A stretch of DNA of 64,000 nucleotides from Octopus bimaculoides (GCF_001194135.2 NC_068982.1:185184446-185248445), one strand, 5' to 3'. Counted from the stretch's first letter, positions 1 to 12,235 are shown. Program-made: numbers and translations. The notes: a model not told the origin generated them from the sequence alone.

Positions 1-150
1 AGTTTGCTTTCTCAATGAACCTAAATGTAAATGAGATGAAAGAAATATTAGAAGTATAGGCTGACAGTTGATATACGTAGGAGAAATCAATGTGTTCTTG
101 TTTAGTCTCTGGTCAGCTTTGATCCTACTGACCTACTATCAAAAATGTTT

Positions 151-155
<5 letters not shown>

Positions 156-203
<48 letters not shown>

Positions 204-389
204 TTAATGCCTGTTGTCCCTGCTAGCATGGGTTGGGCAGTTTGACCAAAGCTGGGGAGCTGCACCAGACTCCAGTCTGGATGCCCTTTCTGATGCCATC
301 CACTTTACAGAGTGTGTTGGGTGCTTTTACATGGAACCACACGGGCACTTCTATGTGGCACTACATAGGCGCTTTTACATGGTACCACC
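156..389 (-). mobile_element. RTE-type 3'-tail repeat (family C) with (ATC)n tail
   Basis: (CAT)n followed by TTTAATGCCTG..GCTAGCATGGGTTGG...GGATGCCCTT; same tail as at 56824-57011. Confidence 0.65.
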
Positions 390-417
390 AGAAAGGCTGG
401 TCTTATACCACCAGAAA

Positions 418-648
418 GGCGGCGAGCTGGCAGAAACGTTAGCACGCCGGGCGAAATGCTTAGCGGTATTTCGTCTGCCGTAATGTTCTGAGTTCAAATT
501 CCGCCGAGGTCGACTTTACCTTTCATCCTTTCGGGGTCGATAAATTGAGTACCAGTTACGCACTGGGGTCGATGTAATCGACGTAACCCCTTTGTCTGTC
601 CTTGTTTGTCCCCTCTATGTTTAGCCCCTTGTGGGCAATAAATAAATA
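418..648 (+). mobile_element. tRNA-derived SINE (family B, with a Meta-domain-like core)
   Basis: GGCGGCGAGCTGGCAGAAACGTTAGC...GAGTTCAAATTCC (B box)...CTTTCATCCTTTCGGGGTCGATAAATT..GTACCAGT; 16-bp TSD AGAAAGGCTGGTCTTA. Confidence 0.8.
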
Positions 649-1491
649 AGAAAGGCTGGTCTTAATACTTCTGCCGCAGAGTACGGGACTTCTTGAGTAA
701 GGTTAACTATTTGCACCCACTAATACAAACCAATTTTGGCTTGGTTTTTTTGACTGGATACTCCTAGCACCAACCACTTTACAGGATATACTGCATGCAT
801 TTTATCATGGTACCAGCATTAGCGGGGTTGTCATGTCCTCAATAAATGTAAAGGGTCTTCTTGACTTAACACCTCCACTCATTCTCCGGCCATTGTATGT
901 ATGTTGTGTCCTGGGTGGATTATATAGTGGTACCAATGCTAAGGGACTGCTTTGTACCCTGTAAAGTGATTGGAGTCAGACGGTTGTAGAGAAGTGAGAG
1001 GCTAATAATAATAATAATAATAATAATAGAGATGGAGTAATGGTCAGAGTGAATGATGGATTTCAATGACAAGTGGTTTGCAGGGTTTGGGAGAAGGAAG
1101 TATAGAAGGAGTAATGTTAAGATGTATTTGGTGCATGCAGATCTGATGTGATTACTTATGCATATGCCGTATGATTGGCAAAAAAGGTAAGGTGATAGGG
1201 ATATGAGAGGAGGGTGTGTCGTCAAGTGTTGGAGAGACGGAAAAGTCAGATAGGTCCAGTGACGTCCCTGGTTACAGCCCTAGTTACAGTGGAAGCATGG
1301 TATGGGAGAGATCTATTGCCATCCTTAATCACATTGACACCATTGAACAATGAGAGTGATAGAGAGATGAGTGATAAAGAGATGAATAATAGAGAGAGAT
1401 GAATGATAGAGGGATGAGTGGCAAGTGTTAGAGAGATGAATGATAGAGGGATGAGCGACAAGCATGTTAGATGGATGGGCGAAAGTGATTG

Positions 1492-1522
<31 letters not shown>

Positions 1523-1582
1523 CGATCGATCGTTTGTTCTAATGAGTCATCAATTTTTTTCCTTTCATGTTATTTTCTTCAG

Positions 1583-1681
1583 ATTGGTTTCACAGCTCTT
1601 CATCGGGCTTGCTCCCAGGGCCACACTGCAGTATGTAAAGTATTACTGGAGGAAGGATGTGCAAAGGACCTGCAAGATGAG
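1583..1681 (+). CDS. ANKRD6: ANKRD6/Diversin-like, ankyrin-repeat exon (first exon visible in window)
   Basis: ttcttcAG|ATTGGT...GATGAG|GTaaac; 99 nt, phase 0; IGFTALHRACSQGHTAVCKVLLEEGCAKDLQDE is one ankyrin repeat (TALH motif). Confidence 0.9.
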
Positions 1682-2518
1682 GTAAACATATCTTATTACT
1701 TATAATTGTTGTGGTTGTTGTTTAAGCCTGTTCAGCCCTAATCAAGCAAACTTGGGGTTAGATGCGTTTCAGTCGTGACCATCATATCTTTTATTTCAGG
1801 TATTATGTATCTTGAACTAAATTTTCCAATGTGACCTTTACTTTTCTAAGTTGGAAAGATGTAGGTTGAGGAAGATATGGCTGCTATTTCCTGTAGGCTG
1901 AGCAACCACAGAGAATGTTCCTCATTGGCTTGAGTTCTATTGTGTACTGTGGCGAGTCTACATTTCTTCAACTGAGTTGATAAAACGGGTACCAGTAATA
2001 TATGAGGGTCAATCAAATGAGGATTACTTACCCAATAAATAAATTTATGTCATCGAGTAAATGATGATAGATTGAGACAGTTCATATAAGACTTTTTTTA
2101 TTAAAGTAATTCTGAAGTCTTATAGTTAAAGTAAGGTCCTGGATTGGGAATGTGGCACAGCTAAATACAAAGACTTAGTCTTCAGCAACATACCAAAGCT
2201 AACATTCAGTATTCAGTATTGAGTAGTGAGTGTTATAGAACAGAGATAGACTCTCAGCATGCTGAGTCTATAATCCAGTGTGTTTTACAGCTGTAGGCAT
2301 TTCCTTTTATTTATATTTTTAATACCATTGAATAAAGAATGAACATTTCACAATTTCCATTTTAGATTTAGTGTTGTATTTACTTATGCTACAATGCATA
2401 TGTAGACTGAGCTTGTGAATCTGAAGAAAGTCATAAATGAATACCACATTTTCTTTCTTTGTAAAATCTCTTCTAGAGGTTTGAGTCATTGTGAGTCAGA
2501 AGAAAGTGTAGAATACTG

Positions 2519-3035
2519 GGATCTTTTTTAAAACGGGGGCCACATTTTTCATTAACGAAACACTTTGAAACTTGGAACACTGGTAGAATGTGTCATATAA
2601 AACATCTTTTTCTCTTAGTCTTCTTAAAAAAAAAAGAAATCCATAAGTTATTCCATGTTAAAGTTGTCGTATTTCTGTAATTTCAACCAATCACTGACGT
2701 CCATTCAGCCGATATACATTAAGTGCCGACTACATAAACAAACGACTCTGAAACAATTAACCCTAACCCTAACCCTAACCCTAACCCTAACCTTAGGGTT
2801 AGGGTTAGGGTTAGGGTTAAAGCAAATTTAAAATGANNNNNNNNNNCTTGTCAGTGATTGGTTGAAATTATCGAAATAAGACAATTTTTTACATGAAATA
2901 AATTCGAATACCAAAATATTTTTCTGTTCTATAACACAAAATAGATAAGTATACGAAATTTGAAAGTCTTTCCGTACCAAAAACACTACGTAAAACATTA
3001 ATGAAACATGTGGCCCCCAGTTTTAAAATAGATCC
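2519..3035. mobile_element. Non-autonomous fold-back TIR element with an inverted telomeric-repeat core
   Basis: TIRs GGATCTTTTTTAAAAC-GGGGGCCACAT vs ATGTGGCCCCCAGTTTTAAAATAGATCC; 8-bp TSD GAATACTG (2511-2518, 3036-3043); (CCCTAA)5-CC-(TTAGGG)4 at 2761-2816; 10-N gap inside. Confidence 0.75.
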
Positions 3036-3645
3036 GAATACTGGACTAAATGTTTTATACTATTTAGTTTTATACTCTTTCTGTTTAGAGTTCAAAATCC
3101 CTCCATGGTAAACCTTTTCTTTCATTCTTCCATTCAACTATACTCTGTAACCTAAAGTGTGTTTCATAGAGAGATAACCTACTGGTGTCCCTCTTCTGCC
3201 TTTTGACAGGTTTTATGTGTAATTCTCACTAAGAAAAGTAAGTGGAGGTATCATCTTAGTCATTGACCACCTGGAAGCAATAGAATAATACCAGTGGCAC
3301 ACTGGCTACCAAATCTATTCTCTATACTCCCTCATCCTGACAACATTTGACATTATGTTCAGCCAATTTTATCCACAATACTACTGCACTTTAACTATAG
3401 TCAATGTTTAGTCAAACAAAGCGAATATTATTCTGTTATTAAGCTGACCCTTTCAGAAGTTCTCAGTCATAACAAAACAAGTTTAAAAGAAAAAACAAAA
3501 TTTAATCAAATAAATGCATAAAGATAACATTTTTATATTAATAACTTCAATAATAGAAAAAGGATTTCTAGCAAGAAGATTGTCCCCCTTCCTATGAAAA
3601 TGAAATGAACAACCATCTATTATTATGTTTCTGTTTATTTTGCAG

Positions 3646-3744
3646 CATGGTAACACAGCACTACATGAAGCTTCCTGGAATGGCTATAGTAAAACTTTAG
3701 ATGTTTTAGTGAAGAACAACTGTAAGGTGTCAATTCAAAATAAG
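3646..3744 (+). CDS. ANKRD6: ANKRD6-like ankyrin exon
   Basis: ttttgcAG|CATGGT...AATAAG|GTcagt; 99 nt; HGNTALHEASWNGYSKTLDVLVKNNCKVSIQNK; GNTALHEASW is characteristic of ANKRD6 as recalled. Confidence 0.92.
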
Positions 3745-4835
3745 GTCAGTTAAAAGTTATTTCTTACGGTGATGATTACATTTCAGTCAAATATCTGACT
3801 ATTTTGGTAGATGTTAAAGTGGTGCATGGTAGAATGCTGGACTAAATATGACACAGTAACTAGTTACAGGATTCTATGTTCTCAGTTGAATTTTCAAATC
3901 AAATGTATTGCCCTAAGCTTATATTTGAAACCAACATTTTGATATATGTTAAAGAATCTGTACATCCTAGTTTACCGCCTGATATTTGCTTGGAGCTATG
4001 CATTGAGGCTTCTGTGAAGTGTGACTCATGTGAGTTTTAGTCTATGTGTTAATGGACAGATATTGAAATTTGTCAAATCTGGTGACATGTAGAAAAGGGA
4101 TGCAAGCTCGACTGAAAACATCAAATCAACAATAAGTAATAACACAGGTCAGATTACAAATAATTTCAAAGAGTGCATATAACTTTTTGGATTCACTTGC
4201 CCTCCAACACTGGTGAAACTGATGTAGTTGAGTTTTTTTGTTTTTTTTTCCCCTCAATCAATTCTAAATTGTGCTGTGAGGTGACTGGCATGCCAAAGAA
4301 TAGACCCAACGTTTGCTTTGCATATCATAAAAGGTGACTAGAAGAGGTTGAAGTAGGGTTTGCACTCTAACCTAAAACCCTCACCAGCAACTACTACCCA
4401 AGGGTAATCGTCCGAGTGGTGCAAAGGTGTCATCTGCTATGAATAGGGAATCACCAACAAATTGTAAATGCAGCGACATGCTGTTATAGTGCACACCCCT
4501 ATACTTCTCCTCCTCCTCTTACTACTGTTGCTACTGCTACTACTAAGAGTTGAAAAGCACACGTACAAGGAAGGAATCTTTGAGAGATGATATTCTGTGG
4601 GAGTGCCTTGGGAGTGGTAAACACAGTGTAGGTGATGAGAGAAGAGACGAGATGAGTAAGGGTGGTCTGAAGAGCAGAGGCCACTGAAGTAATGATTTAA
4701 TATCTGTCTGGTTTGGGAATGAATAATGGAATAGTTAACAACTTATATTCTTTTCAGTTATTGTATTGTGGCCATACTGGGGCACTACCTTATTACTTAT
4801 AATATCTGAAGTTTGGATGATATTTTTTTTTCCAG

Positions 4836-4934
4836 AGTGGTTTTACTCCGTTGCACCTTGCTGCACAAAATGGTCATAATGAAAGTTCCAGAATTTTGAT
4901 TTACTCTGGCTGTAGTACAGATATAAAAAACAAT
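4836..4934 (+). CDS. ANKRD6: ANKRD6-like ankyrin exon
   Basis: ttttccAG|AGTGGT...AACAAT|GTaagt; 99 nt; SGFTPLHLAAQNGHNESSRILIYSGCSTDIKNN. Confidence 0.92.
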
Positions 4935-5228
4935 GTAAGTATTATTGTTGTTTACCCATATAGATTTCTTACATTTATTCAAAGAAATCAACTCCTGCTT
5001 ATTTAAAGATGAATTGGAGAGAGGAAGGATATCTGAGGAATGTCCTTTCACTCATTTGTTAAATTAGACCTGATTATGGTCAGTGACTGACACTATCACA
5101 AGGCTCATAACTCCAATATTACCGTAGAATTGCAGTACATCTTTCCTTACATGTCATTATTGTTATCTCCTCACTCCATCCTTGTTTTATCTTTGCTGTG
5201 ATACTTGCTGTCTCAATATTTAGGACTT

Positions 5229-5442
5229 GAGGCAGCGAGCTGGCAGAAACATTAGCACGCCGGGCAAAAAGCTTAGCGGCATTTCGTCTGTCTTTACATT
5301 CTGAGTTCAAATTCCGCCGAGGTCAACTTTGCCTTTCATCCCTTTGGGGTCGATAAATTAAGTACCAGTTGCATACTGAGTTCAATCAAATCGACTGGCT
5401 TCCTCCCCCAAAATTTCGGGCCTTGTGCCTAGAGCAGAAAAG
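5229..5442 (+). mobile_element. SINE family B
   Basis: Same head and core; 14-bp TSD AATATTTAGGACTT. Confidence 0.8.
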
Positions 5443-5515
5443 AATATTTAGGACTTAAAATATCTGTTTTATAAATAAGCACAAGTTATAAGTAATATAT
5501 GTATTACAGAAATGT

Positions 5516-5548
<33 letters not shown>

Positions 5549-5613
5549 ACGTGCATGCATGTGTGTGGGTATTCTTACTTTAAATCCTTTAAATTCTCCA
5601 CATATTTTTCCAG

Positions 5614-5712
5614 TATGGTGACACATCCTTACATACAGCAGCTCGTTATGGCCATGCAGGTGTTGCACGTATCTTAATTAGTGCCAGGTGTTCACTGAAT
5701 GATGAGAACAAG
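5614..5712 (+). CDS. ANKRD6: ANKRD6-like ankyrin exon
   Basis: ttttccAG|TATGGT...AACAAG|GTaaga; 99 nt; YGDTSLHTAARYGHAGVARILISARCSLNDENK. Confidence 0.92.
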
Positions 5713-6220
5713 GTAAGAAATTTCATTATATGTGTGGTGTATTGTTGCTGCCGTCATTTAATCCTGTCATCCTAAACCCAACAAACCTATAATCAACCCC
5801 ACAAACCCTATTCACTATCAACCTGAGGTTCTCACATCCAACATCTTAAGAGTAATGTAGACAGTCATAACAACAACCTTAAACCTTTCTAATTCTTTAA
5901 CAACTCTCAGCAGATATGGGTTTTCAGTTTCTGGAAATCTACATCTAACGGTCCAACCCATGCTAGCATGGAAAGCGGACGTTAAACGATGATGATGATG
6001 ATTATGACTGCAAACCTACTTCCCTCTGTTTGTCACCAGTACCCTTTCACTCTTGAGAAATTTGGTGAAACCAGTGTTGTTCAGTTGATATCAGCAAAGC
6101 ATTCTGCTAGTTCTAGGATGGAAACTCTTAGCTAAACTACTTGCTTATCTCTGATCCCTTGGATTGGAAGCCTTCTGTTAGATATCACCATCATTGCACA
6201 TACTGATGGAACTCCCTATA

Positions 6221-6602
6221 TGTTGTTGTTGGCACTCCATCGCTTACGACGTCGAGGTTTCCCGTTGATCCAATCAACGGAACAGCCTGCTCGTGAAATT
6301 AATGTGCAAGTGGCTGAGCACTCCACAGACACGTGTACCTTTAACGTAGTTCTCGGGGATATTCAGCATGACACAGTGTGACAAGGCTGGCCCTTTGAAT
6401 TACAGGCACAACAGAAACAGGAAGAGTGAGAGAAAGTTGTGGTGAAAGAGTACAGCAGGGTTCGCCACCATCCCCTGCCGGAGCCTTGTGGAGCTTTAGG
6501 TGTTTTCGCTCAAAAAACACTCACAACGCCCGATCTGGGAATCGAAACTGCAATCCTATGACCGCGAGTCCGCTGCCCTAACCACCGGGCCATTGCGCCT
6601 CC
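6221..6602 (-). mobile_element. Full-length tRNA-derived SINE (family A)
   Basis: Minus head GGAGGCGCAATGGCCCGGTGGTTAGGGCAGCGG with A/B boxes, (ACA)n tail, 13-bp TSD GGAACTCCCTATA. Confidence 0.85.
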
Positions 6603-7126
6603 GGAACTCCCTATAACCCACACAGCATCAACTCTTGTGTGGATCCAAAGTTAGTTTTGTCTCTAGACTGTTGCCCCTATACTCCAACAACTAACAAACA
6701 TCCACCTTCAGCAACGTCGACTCTTATACAGGTGATACTACCTTTCTTTCCTCCCTTATTCTGCATTCGAACATCATCTTCATCCAGCCTGTGTCAACTC
6801 CATGAAGAGAGACTTGAAAACATCCCTCATTGGGGACATACCATACATATATTAAACACATATTACACCTCACCCACTCTCTAAAAACCTCAGCATAGGT
6901 GTATCAAATACTACATAATTAAAAGTAAAATGGGATAAGGGAATAGCACAAATGAATTATGGCATGACTTTGATCAATGAGGTAAAGAGTGATTTGTTGA
7001 ATGCCATATATGAAAATGTTTTATTTAATTGTAATTCCTTTCTTAATTAAAGAGAGAAAGGGGAAATAGTTTCACAAAATTAAATTACAATTAGTTTACA
7101 ACCCGATCTTTGTAGGTAAAATGATA

Positions 7127-7169
7127 GCTATGGACACTTTTCGGTCTTATTAAATCTCATCAGCATGGC
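7127..7169 (-). ncRNA. Degenerate minimal type I hammerhead ribozyme motif
   Basis: Minus: GCCATG-CTGATGA-GATTTAATAAGACC-GAAA-AGTG-TC-CATAGC; stem I 5/6 paired. Confidence 0.55.
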
Positions 7170-8034
7170 ATAGTCTACTCGAGCTGGTTTTGATTAATTT
7201 AGTTTTTACACTTTAGTTTCTGAAAGAGACCTAAAGATTTTGTGCTAAAAATGATTTCCATTATTGAAAAATAAAAGGAGCAAAGGGAAATAACTTAAGT
7301 GAGCTAATGGTATGAATCTAGAAAATAAAGCGGATGATGTATTGACTGATCAATGTAGAAATTCTGACAAGTCTCAACCAAAATTTTGTGAGAAAAATTT
7401 AATTGACAGAAACTAGAAACTGCTTTTGGGTGGCAAACTTAGTCCAACTCTTGGTTTTACAACCTGGCTCTTGATTCTCTGTTTCAAAGAGCAAGGGAGA
7501 TAATTTCATGAAACTAGTTTGTTAAGGTTAATTTACATGCCTGCTCGTTGATTCATTTGAATTATTTCTCTTGGTTAATTTTTTTTTTTTTAAATTATAC
7601 AAATTATACTGCCCATAACTTTTCTATATGTAAGAATCTCTGTCAAACTAATCGAACAAGCTTACGTTTATAGTTGTCCCTTGCCTTATAAACAATGATA
7701 GAAGTTTTGATCCCCCAAACGTAAATTTACTTTGAAGATTAGGTCTAAATTTCTTGAAGTTATCTCCCCTCTTCGTAGTTGCTTTGAATAGGCTTTTGTT
7801 TTCTTTTTCTAAAAGGGAAATTTTAATTCAACGAATATTTTAACATACAGAATTGACTACATGAGGCTTTATTATTGACTCATAGTACTTATGCTATGAA
7901 GCTGAACTGTGTACATTAATAAGAGGGTGGGTGCTTAGCGAGCTATATTAGATTATGTACTAGCAAGAGGTGTGTAAAAACTAACACGTTCCAAATAATT
8001 ATAATTGAACAGAGACTGTTCTTTTACTCCTCAG

Positions 8035-8133
8035 AATGGTGACACGCCGTTACACATCGCTGCAGCATTGAAACGAAGGAAAATAGCTAAATTGCTTGTG
8101 GAAGCTGGTGTTGATTGTTCATTACGAAACAAG
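8035..8133 (+). CDS. ANKRD6: ANKRD6-like ankyrin exon
   Basis: ctcctcAG|AATGGT...AACAAG|GTatgt; 99 nt; NGDTPLHIAAALKRRKIAKLLVEAGVDCSLRNK. Confidence 0.92.
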
Positions 8134-9477
8134 GTATGTTTTCATTTATTATTTGGTTCTGTGAATGAGCTCAAAAACTGATGAGGTCGACTTTGCCCTT
8201 TTATCCATTCAGGGGTCAATAAAATAAGAACCAGTTGAGCAGTGGGGTCAATGTAACGGACTTCCCATGTCTCTCAGAATCGTTGGACTTGTGCCAACAT
8301 TTGAAACAATTATTAGAGGGACTGGCAAAGTTCTTGTCATTGTTGGCAACTTGCTTCGCCAAAGTGCCAGGTGATGCCCATGAGAGAGCTTGGCTTTTCT
8401 AATGCCTTAGCCTCACCATCACCCGTAATAATACCGTGAGCATGCTGGCTTGCTTCAGTAAATTCTGTTGAACCTTGTGGTGTGTGACCAATTGAAACCC
8501 TTGGTGCTGCATTGTTGTTTTTTTTTTCTTGTTTTTTCTCTTGTAAAATATATTCCTGTTCATATTTTGAATAAAAGACTTCCCTATAATATATATATAT
8601 AAAAAAAATATTTGGTTCCATATTTTGTTTTGCATCAGAAAGGCAGGGAGAATACTCCTTCATCTGTTAACAATTGCCTTGGTTTGCTACTCTTTGTTTT
8701 CTCTCATAGATACTCAAGCAGGTTTAGTGAAGGCCCCAAATCTGGAAAGAAAACCTCTCTAGTGATAACGTTAGAATAAAAAACATCTCTTCTGTTTTTT
8801 TGTTTTTTGTTTTGTTTTTCTGCTTGTTGAAGATTCAGCTGAAATAGGTTGCAGAATCTCTGGTCATCCCTGTCATATGAGTTAATAAGAAACCTCAAAT
8901 AAACCAGTGTTGTTGGAAACATGGCTACATGTTGAAACAAGGCCAGCAGAGTAAATACTGCTGTTGTACACATTTTTGTTACTGTTTAATACCAGATCAT
9001 CCTTGATGCAAAAGACCCCTGATCAAAAGCCATCAAATTGTGACCATCATGTCTTATATTCAGATATTGTGTATCTAAGACTACATTACCCAATGTTCTT
9101 TGCCTTTGTTAAGGCAGTAAGGTTTGATTCACAGGAAGGTTGGCTGCTAATTATGGTAGTTTGAGCTGAGGCTCCTTCATCTCTCTTCTTGGAATGTTAG
9201 TGTAAAAGGGCAAAATGTATGGAAGGCTCATGTTTTGTGAGGGGGTAAAATCTATGGAAGCCTATGTTTTGCAAGCCTATGTTAGCTGAGAAAAATGTAT
9301 GTAATTATTTCAACAATCTGGTAGAATCATTAGCATGTTGGACAAAATGCTTAGCAGCATTTCTTTCAACTCTTTATATTCTGGGTTCAATTTCCACCAA
9401 AGTCAACTATGCCTTTCACCTTTAGAGTTCAATAAAATAAGTACCAGTTGAGTCCTGGGGTTGGTGTAATTGACTAA

Positions 9478-9735
9478 TGTTAGTTCTCAACCATTGTCCA
9501 CATAGCCTTTGGGGGCCTATACAGGATTTTGGTGTCAAAATTTATCTGTAATAAATTGGTTATATTTTTTCAAGGCACAAAATATTTTGATAAGTATTTT
9601 CATACAGTTTCTAATAATATTTAATTAAAATAAAAATATAATACAATTTTTAAACATCAGATGGCTAGGAGGGCCCATTCAAGTAAAATAGGCATCAAAT
9701 GGATCCATGGGTAAAAAATGGTTGAGGAACACTAG
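9478..9735. mobile_element. hAT-like MITE nested in a family B SINE
   Basis: TAGTTCTCAACCATT / AATGGTTGAGGAACACTAG; the SINE sequence resumes on the other side; TSD unclear. Confidence 0.45.
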
Positions 9736-10341
9736 ACTACTAGACTACACCCTCCCCTAAAATTTCAGGCCTTGTGCCTATAGTAGAAAGGATCATCATC
9801 ATCGCCATCACCATCGTCATCGTCATCGTCATCGTCATCATGCTGAGAATGATGATGGAGATGATGATGGAGATGATGATGGCAATGATGAGTGTGATGT
9901 TAGTGGCACCATTGGTGGCAGAGGGGTTGATGGTGGTAGTGGTGGTGGTGATGATAGTGACAATGAAAGCAATGACAAAAAGAAAAAAAGATGATTCTGA
10001 AGGTGAAGGTGATGGTAGTGGCAGTGGTGATCTATGGTGCCATTGTTGTTGAAGATAATTATGATGATGAGTGGTGACGTTGATCAATATTTAACTGATA
10101 ATTAAGGTTAATTGTTTACACACCTGGCAAAATGCTTAGCAGCATTTTGTCTGTTTTCAGGTTCTGAGTTCAAATTCCACTGTTGTTTGACTTTGCTTTT
10201 CATCCTCTTGGGGTCGATAAAACAAGTACCAGTTGAGTACTGGGGTTGATGCAGTTGATTTACCGCCTCCCTGAAATTGCTGGCCTTGTACCAAAATTTG
10301 AAATTATTATTTAACTAATGATACTATTTGTCTTTTTCCAG

Positions 10342-10419
10342 CAAAATGAGACAGCTGCTGACGTGGCACGAAGAAAAGAATATCCAGAGATTATATTAAT
10401 TATTTCAGCAAATCACAAG
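10342..10419 (+). CDS. ANKRD6: ANKRD6-like exon, C-terminal capping ankyrin repeat
   Basis: ttttccAG|CAAAAT...CACAAG|GTaatt; 78 nt, phase 0; QNETAADVARRKEYPEIILIISANHK. Confidence 0.85.
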
Positions 10420-11539
10420 GTAATTTGACTTGACTTCTTAATTCTATTTTTCAGTTAATATTCTTTTATATCACTACATGAACTTCATCACTTACTGGTT
10501 CTGTTCTCAGCTTGGGATAAGCTTTGGCCCATGGGAACTTCTGAGGAATTCCAACCATATTTCATGGTTTGCTACCTCAACAGCTCCTTTATAGGATCCA
10601 GTGGCTAAAGACATCATCAAGAGGATCCATGTCCGGTTTCGGCCCCTACTCCTCTACCATTTACGACACCCCCATCAACCCTACCTTTTGGAGGTGTCTT
10701 CAGCTCTGGTGTTGAATGCGTTTTTCTTTCTTCTTTTTTCTTTGGCCTTTTGTTCTTTGGTTTCTTCGATGCAGCATCAACGAACGTCAGTGGGCGAATG
10801 ACCATCCTGCCAAATTTCCCTTTAAATACTTAGTGGTAGGCTCCCTCAGCCAGCACCATGTGATACTATCTAAGCTTCAACTGACCAATGAGGGGAAGGA
10901 GTGTAGTTTTGGCCTGCGCCCTCTCTAAACCTATCTTCCAACAGCTTCGTGTTAGTTTCAGTTCCAGCAGCCAGAGTCAACCAGCTGTCCGGTGGTACAA
11001 GCCTTCGAACTATCAGGGAGGAGGGCACGCAATGAACGAGATTGCATCCTTGGCTTCTGTTAAAGAATTACCTTTTAACAGTTACTTGCTTAAGTCCTTG
11101 CAGTCTGGCCATGCTGGGGCACCACTTTGAAGGGTTTTGGCTGAACAAACCAATCCCAGTACTTATAATTTTGTTTTTAACTGGTATTTATCAGTTCTTT
11201 TGCTGAACCACTAAGTTATGGGGACATAAATGAACCAACACTGCCTGTTAAGTGGTGGGGAGGATTGATAAACACGGACAAAAAGACACACATGTTGTAG
11301 ATACATATTGCTTGAAAAATAACTGTCTGAGATATAGACAACAACAGATTAAAACAACCGCACATGCTGACTACATTACAATGGGTTTCATACAATTTTG
11401 TTCAACTAAACTTTTCAAGGCAGTGACCCAGCTAGGCCATAGTCTAATGACTGAAACAAGTAAAAGATAAAAGATAACAGAAAGATGTAGGTTAAAACAT
11501 AATATATATTATGTTTTATATATATTACTTTGCCCTCTC

Positions 11540-11776
11540 AGGTGCCAGTGCCACTTAAAAAGCACCTGTACCAGTGCTGCGTTAATGCACCCATGCTGGT
11601 GGCACATAAAAAAGCATCCAGCACACTCTGTGAGATGGTTGGCATTAAGAAGGGCATCCAGCCATAGAACCCATGCCACAACAGATAGTTGGAGTCAGCT
11701 CCATGTCAAACTGTCCAATCTATGCCAGCATGGAAAGCAGACATTAAACGATGATGATGATGATGATGATGATGAT
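11540..11776 (+). mobile_element. RTE-type 3'-tail repeat (family C)
   Basis: AAAAAGCA.CC...AGAAGGGCATCCAGC...GCATGGAAAGCAGACATTAAACGATGATGAT. Confidence 0.65.
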
Positions 11777-11898
11777 ATTTTCATTCTCTGCCTTGAAGAA
11801 TCTCTAGTAACTAGGAGGAATTGTCCCTCTTCTTGAGACAAATGAAATTAAATAAACATAAGTATCTTTTCCTAGACTTTTGTATTTATTTTATGCAG

Positions 11899-12066
11899 GG
11901 CAAAGCTCGACCTCACCAGATAGTTCCAGAAGATAAACAAGCTGTCCACATTGCTGTCGATGGACCAAACATGGTGTTCAGAGGTAATGCTCCCACTGCT
12001 GCCAATAAAGAAACAGCAAAGCCAGAAAAGGAGAGGAGATTCTTCTTTTTCAAGAGGAAGAAAAAA
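11899..12066 (+). CDS. ANKRD6: ANKRD6-like linker exon ending in a basic NLS-like stretch
   Basis: ttatgcAG|GGCAAA...AAAAAA|GTaagg; 168 nt, phase 0, open; GKARPHQ...ERRFFFFKRKKK. Confidence 0.75.
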
Positions 12067-12121
12067 GTAAGGAGTTATTGTTTTGTTTGTTTTTTTGCTT
12101 CTTAGCTTTCTCCTTCATCAG

Positions 12122-12198
12122 TTCTACTATTACTACTACTAATGCTGCTGCTGCTACAAGTACTGCTGCTGCTGCTGCTACAAGTACTGCTGCTGCTG

Positions 12199-12235
<37 letters not shown>

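Noticed and set aside
2761-2816. Ancient telomere-telomere chromosome fusion
   Set aside because: Polarity is (CCCTAA)n-(TTAGGG)n, the opposite of a fusion, and the tract lies inside a TSD-flanked element.
6560-6602. tRNA genes suggested by A/B boxes
   Set aside because: They are SINE heads continuing into repeat bodies with TSDs; no full cloverleaf.
8177-8200. CTGATGAGGTCGAC hammerhead-like start
   Set aside because: A mutated family B SINE core (CCGCCGAGGTCGAC); no GAAA or stems.
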